Below, in pieces: positions 16,624-20,607 of a stretch of 20,607 bases of DNA (position 1 is the first letter of the stretch; every line of letters begins with the position of its first letter). Under the pieces are notes generated by a model. The model saw only the letters and a list, made by a program, of their open reading frames with translations. It did not search any database and was not told where the DNA came from. Source of the DNA: an uncultured bacterium. Lineage in GTDB: Bacteria > T1Sed10-126. The position numbers were made by a program, and so were the translations under genes. The stretch is from contig CAZMIT010000021.1 of NCBI GenBank assembly GCA_964566495.1, forward strand, positions 1-20,607. Reading direction: 5' to 3'.

Positions 16624-17985
16624 TCACGATGCTCCTCCCGCCTCAATATCATATTTATCCAGCTTATTGTAAAGCGTTGAGCGGTTGATACCGAGCTTTC
16701 TAGCAGCTTCGGAGAGATTACCCTCGCAATGCTCAATAATTTTTTCTATATGCTCAGCCTCCACGGCTTCCAGTGATTTTTGTATATCGGGAGTTTTTGG
16801 CAGTTGCTCTGTATCTGTTTCTTGAACGTTAGCCGGCAGCGAATTCAAGGTAAGCACGTCCTGCTGGGCCACGGTCAGGGCACGTTTTATGCAATTCTCC
16901 AGTTCCCGAACGTTGCCCGGCCAGTGGTGTCCGGTTAACGCCTTTAACGCTTTCGGGGAGATGGATACCACCTGCGGATTGAGCTCCGGGGCGTGTCGGC
17001 GCAGGAAGTGGCTGGCCAGTCGGGGGATGTCTCCCTCGCGTTCTCTCAGGGGGGGTAAATTAATAGACATCACATTGAGACGATAGTAAAGGTCTTCCCG
17101 AAATGCTCCCGACTCAATTTCTTCCTGAAGATCAACATTGGTGGCGGCAATGATACGTGTATCAACCTCTCTCGATTCGGTGCCTCCCACCGGTGTGAAA
17201 CGGTGTTCCTGCAGAAAACGCAGCAGTTTTGCTTGCAGTTTACGGGGTAGATTGCCAATTTCATCGAGAAAAAGCGAGCCCCCGTCAGCTAACTCAAATT
17301 TACCAATCTTAGTCTCGTGAGCATCGGTAAAAGCTCCTTTTTTGTGGCCAAAAAGCTCGCTTTCAATTATTTCACTGGGCAGCGTGCCGCAATCAACAAC
17401 GACAAAATTGCCGTCCTTGCGGTCGCTACTCTCGTGAATGTGCCGGGCGACAAGTTCTTTGCCGGTGCCGGTCTCTCCGCTGATCAAGACGCTGATATCA
17501 GAATTTTCGAGGGAGTTAACCTGGTTGTAAATTCTTTGCATTGCCGGAGATTCGCCGATTATACTGTCGGTTTCCAGCTCAAGTTGTGATTCCAGGACTT
17601 CGTTGCGGGCCCGCAGTCGGTGATGCTCGAGCGCTGCCGCAGTCTCAGCTTCCACGGTTTCAGCTTCGAAGGGTTTGGTTAAGTAGTTAAAAGCCCCTTC
17701 CTTCATGGCTTGAACCGCGTTATCCACCGACCCGTGGGCGGTAATCACAATAGTTTCAGTAAGCGGAGAATTTGTCTGTGTCCAGCGCAACAGTTCCAAC
17801 CCGGAGATTCCATCCATTTTCAGATCAGTTAGCAGAACATCAATGGATTTTTGGTTCAGTATTTCTTGTGCTTCTTCGCCGCTGGCTGCGGAGAAAACCT
17901 GGTTTTCTTCCGGCCCGGCAAGCAAATCGGTTAAGGACTTACGCATCAAATCCTCGTCGTCAACAACCAGTATTTTATTGGTCAT
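16624..17985 (-). CDS. Sigma54-dependent response regulator (NtrC/AtoC family: REC, AAA+, Fis-type HTH)
   Basis: KILVVDDE, LLTDLKM, GETGTGKE, ESELFGHKKGAFTDA, LFLDEI, WPGNVRELEN, GNLSEAARKLGINRSTLY. The ATG at 17985 has an AGGAGG RBS, so it is preferred over the track start at 18072. Confidence 0.95.
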   Translation of the reverse strand: MTNKILVVDDEDLMRKSLTDLLAGPEENQVFSAASGEEAQEILNQKSIDVLLTDLKMDGISGLELLRWTQTNSPLTETIVITAHGSVDNAVQAMKEGAFNYLTKPFEAETVEAETAAALEHHRLRARNEVLESQLELETDSIIGESPAMQRIYNQVNSLENSDISVLISGETGTGKELVARHIHESSDRKDGNFVVVDCGTLPSEIIESELFGHKKGAFTDAHETKIGKFELADGGSLFLDEIGNLPRKLQAKLLRFLQEHRFTPVGGTESREVDTRIIAATNVDLQEEIESGAFREDLYYRLNVMSINLPPLREREGDIPRLASHFLRRHAPELNPQVVSISPKALKALTGHHWPGNVRELENCIKRALTVAQQDVLTLNSLPANVQETDTEQLPKTPDIQKSLEAVEAEHIEKIIEHCEGNLSEAARKLGINRSTLYNKLDKYDIEAGGAS

Positions 17986-19723
17986 ATTTAGTTTCCTCCT
18001 TTTCCAGCACTTCTGGCCGCCGCGGCAGTCGAACCGTGAATTTACTACCTTCCTCAGGTGTGGATTCGACATTGATACTGCCTCCGTGAATATCCACTAC
18101 GCGCCGGCTGATGGTCAACCCCAGCCCCGTCCCCGACTTTTTTGAACTTTCAAAAAGATCGAAGACTCTCTCCGTCTCCTCAGCCTCTATTCCGACCCCG
18201 TAATCTTGCACACTTATTTCGATATAATCTTCGGTTTCACTGCCCAGTAAATCGATGCGCGGATTTTTTTCCTGGGCGTCGATAGCATTTTGAATAAGGT
18301 TAACCAGCACTGACTCAAGTTGTTCGGAGTCGCCATAAATTTGCGAGTAATCGGGCAGCCGATCGCTCACCTCAACATCAGCTTCCTGAAGACGCTCACT
18401 CATGTAATTGCGGACGTTAGAAATTAGTTGATTGGGGTCAAGCGGTTCAAATTCGGGCTTGCCGGTGCGGGCGAAGTCAAGCAAACCGTCAACGTTCTCC
18501 TGTAGTGTCTCCAGCCCATTGACCAATTTTTTAATTAGCTCAAAAGACTTAGATTCTTTATCAATCTCCCGCTCCAGCATATTCACATACAGCTTCATCC
18601 CGCCGAGCGGATTCTTGAGTTCATGGGTCACGGAAGCAACCATGTCGCCAAGCATCGACAGCGAACGGTTGAACTCCACCTTCTGCTGCATCTTAATCCG
18701 TTCAGTCCGGTCCCGCAGCAGCATTAATCGATCGACTTTGTTCACCGGCTGCCAGATGTATTCAAGATATCTCTCTTCAAATTTTATCATATTACTTTCC
18801 TGCTCAATACGGTCTTCAAGCAGTTCCGCCGGCAAATATTCTTCGGGATTTTCAAGTGGTGCCGGGAATTCGTCGACATCTCTCAGGTTTAGAAGTGCCG
18901 CCGCCTGCCGGTTGACCAGCCTGTAGTTGTCACCGCTTTCTTTTAGCAGCAATCCGGCGTCGAGGCTGGAGATGATTGAGTTGAGAAACTGTTCCTGCTG
19001 TGAGAGCTCTCGAGTTTTTTTCTTGACCTCACGGTCCAGTTCCTGCTGGATTGTTTTCTCGCGCTCCAGGAGTTCAAGCTGGCGCAGGGCAAAGCTGGCC
19101 TGATCGCTGAGCTGATGGGCCAGCACCCGGTGGAATGAGTGGCGTTCGGGTTCACTACCGACGACAAGAAAGAGCAAATAGCCGCCGCTGGCTGGTTCGA
19201 GAAGCTGAACCGAAAGAACCGGGCTTGAAGTTTCAAAATACGAACACTCCGGCCAGAAGCGGCAGCGAAATTCCAACACTTTTTCGCTAAAACTGGCGTT
19301 TGAAATGGTCGGTAGCTGTTTATCGTTGTTTTCAGCCGGGACAAGCTCTTCCTGGTCCAGGCGATACAAATATGTGTTCGAGTAAGGAAGTTCGCGGCTG
19401 ATTATCTCGCGGAGAGACTTTAAGAGCTCTTCTTCAGTTTCATATTTTTGCAGATTTTTGCCCAGCCGTTGAACTCGCTGCAGGTAGAAGTTCAAGTTAT
19501 CCAACCGGGTGATGTAATTTTCAAAGGGACGGAAAGCGAATTGAACACCTAACAAACAGATGAGCAAGACACCCAGGAGCAGGGGAAGCTCTTCTTCCAG
19601 GAAAATATAAACCGTACTGTAGCCGGGAGCAAGGAAAAGGTAGATCCAGCCGGCGATTAATATTCCTATCAGAGCACCGGCCAGCCACTTGAGCACCTGC
19701 AGTCCGGGAAGGTCTTTAAACAT
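17975..19723 (-). CDS. Sensor histidine kinase (2 TM, GAF-like, PAS-like, HisKA, HATPase)
   Basis: H-box VTHELKNPL, N-box NLIQNAIDA, G1 DYGVGI, G2 GTGLGL. Overlaps the response regulator start by 11 nt. Confidence 0.93.
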   Translation of the reverse strand: MFKDLPGLQVLKWLAGALIGILIAGWIYLFLAPGYSTVYIFLEEELPLLLGVLLICLLGVQFAFRPFENYITRLDNLNFYLQRVQRLGKNLQKYETEEELLKSLREIISRELPYSNTYLYRLDQEELVPAENNDKQLPTISNASFSEKVLEFRCRFWPECSYFETSSPVLSVQLLEPASGGYLLFLVVGSEPERHSFHRVLAHQLSDQASFALRQLELLEREKTIQQELDREVKKKTRELSQQEQFLNSIISSLDAGLLLKESGDNYRLVNRQAAALLNLRDVDEFPAPLENPEEYLPAELLEDRIEQESNMIKFEERYLEYIWQPVNKVDRLMLLRDRTERIKMQQKVEFNRSLSMLGDMVASVTHELKNPLGGMKLYVNMLEREIDKESKSFELIKKLVNGLETLQENVDGLLDFARTGKPEFEPLDPNQLISNVRNYMSERLQEADVEVSDRLPDYSQIYGDSEQLESVLVNLIQNAIDAQEKNPRIDLLGSETEDYIEISVQDYGVGIEAEETERVFDLFESSKKSGTGLGLTISRRVVDIHGGSINVESTPEEGSKFTVRLPRRPEVLEKEETKYDQ

Positions 19724-19811
19724 TGAACCGGTCCTTGTCTGTTGATGTGTACTGCCTGTTAGAAATCAGATTGTATCACTGATAAGAGTTGCAATCAATT
19801 AATCGAAGATG

Positions 19812-19981
19812 AGGTGCTAACCCGGATATGTACGACAGCATAACTGTCGTGCATTATCCGTCCGAAGGACACCCAGCCCTTTCCCAGTAAAGAGCTGGGT
19901 GGGTTAACCCCGCCCATTTGACGAATGGGCGGCCCTTTGGGCGGCCTATGCATAGGGTTCATGCATAGGCCGGGCTAACCT
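19812..19981 (-). ncRNA. Candidate multi-hairpin structured element upstream of the kinase operon
   Basis: Closing stem 19812-19825 / 19970-19981 encloses hairpins at 19829-19853, 19860-19870, 19871-19900, 19910-19932, 19932-19942 and 19943-19971. Confidence 0.4.
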
Positions 19982-20216
19982 AAACTTGGGACATTGTGGA
20001 GCTTTGAGCTTTCGGCTTTTAGCCTTAAGCCGATGTTTTGGACCACAGATTAAGTTCAAAAGCAGTGGACAGGATTTACAGGATAGACAGGATATTTTAA
20101 CGCAGGCGAGGACAGGGGGCGGTAGGCCCTGGTTGTAATATTTTTTGTATTTCATTTTGTTTGGCTATGTTCTATACTTTCAGTGTAGAAGGTGTTCATT
20201 TATGGGAGGGTTTTTC

Positions 20217-20450
20217 ATGAAAAACGTAACTTTCAGAGTTCCCGAGGAAACAAAACAGGAAATGAAAGAGTTGTCCATGAACTGGTCCGAATACTTGCGC
20301 GAATCTGCTCGGGAGGCCCTGGATCAGGAACGGAAGCGCGAGATACATCAAAAGCTGCAAGAATCTGAAGAGACTGCAGAAAAAGCCGCCCGGGATATAA
20401 TTCGTGAAATAAGAGACAATGGCCTGAGTATTAGATTTTCCTCTGTATAG
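20217..20450 (+). CDS. Ribbon-helix-helix (CopG/VapB-like) antitoxin
   Basis: MKNVTFRVPEETKQEMKELSMNWSEYLRE is an RHH pattern, and the C-terminal IIREIRD is typical of VapB-type antitoxins. GGAGG RBS at 20205-20209. Confidence 0.75.
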   Translation: MKNVTFRVPEETKQEMKELSMNWSEYLRESAREALDQERKREIHQKLQESEETAEKAARDIIREIRDNGLSIRFSSV

Positions 20451-20514
20451 CCTGGATAACAAGATACAAAATATCTGCCAGAGCCGAGCAATACCTTTAT
20501 ATCCAGGTGACTAA
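20419..20514 (+). pseudogene. Relic of a PIN-domain (VapC-like) toxin with an internal deletion
   Basis: Reads MA*VLD|FPLYSLDNKIQNICQSRAIPLYPGD*: the PIN N-terminal VLD joined directly to a PIN C-terminal PLxT/SxD motif. Overlaps the antitoxin 3' end. Confidence 0.55.
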
Positions 20515-20607
20515 ATTATCTGGGATTAAATCCGGCTGCAAGCCGAATCCCCCCGCCCAACCCCTGCTTTTGAATTAAATCCGCGTAAATCAGCGTAATC
20601 TGTGGTT

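Noticed and set aside
17986..18072. N-terminal extension of the response regulator
   Set aside because: It lies inside the kinase gene. The AGGAGG RBS and the REC domain start support 17985.
1098..19344. Numerous antisense or alternate-frame ORFs nested in long genes
   Set aside because: They are shadow ORFs of well-supported CDSs and have no motifs of their own.
20419..20430. TGA recoding (genetic code 4/25 or Sec) to rescue the toxin relic
   Set aside because: TGA terminates several clear genes here, the long ORFs have no in-frame TGA, and the relic would still lack most of the PIN domain.

Overview
A 20.6 kb bacterial (diderm, standard code) window. In order it holds the 3' part of a tonB-like gene, a giant secreted Glu-rich TPR protein, two small membrane proteins, and a Uma2 endonuclease plus a 6-Cys type IV pilin on the minus strand. 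Next comes a plus-strand run: a triple-HhH ComEA-like protein, a ComEC-type metallo-beta-lactamase-fold gene (frameshifted at a T7 run and lacking its metal ligands), a membrane-anchored ankyrin protein, a 993-aa multidomain DHH protein with a duplicated DHHA1 domain, and an atypical UvrD/PcrA helicase. The window ends with a convergent sensor kinase/sigma54 activator pair and an RHH antitoxin followed by a deleted PIN-toxin relic. The intergenic DNA is unusually structured: REP-like palindromes, mosaics of short-period repeats, a nested miniature insertion, and two candidate structured RNAs (743-878 and 19812-19981). All calls come from reading the sequence; no database searches were run.
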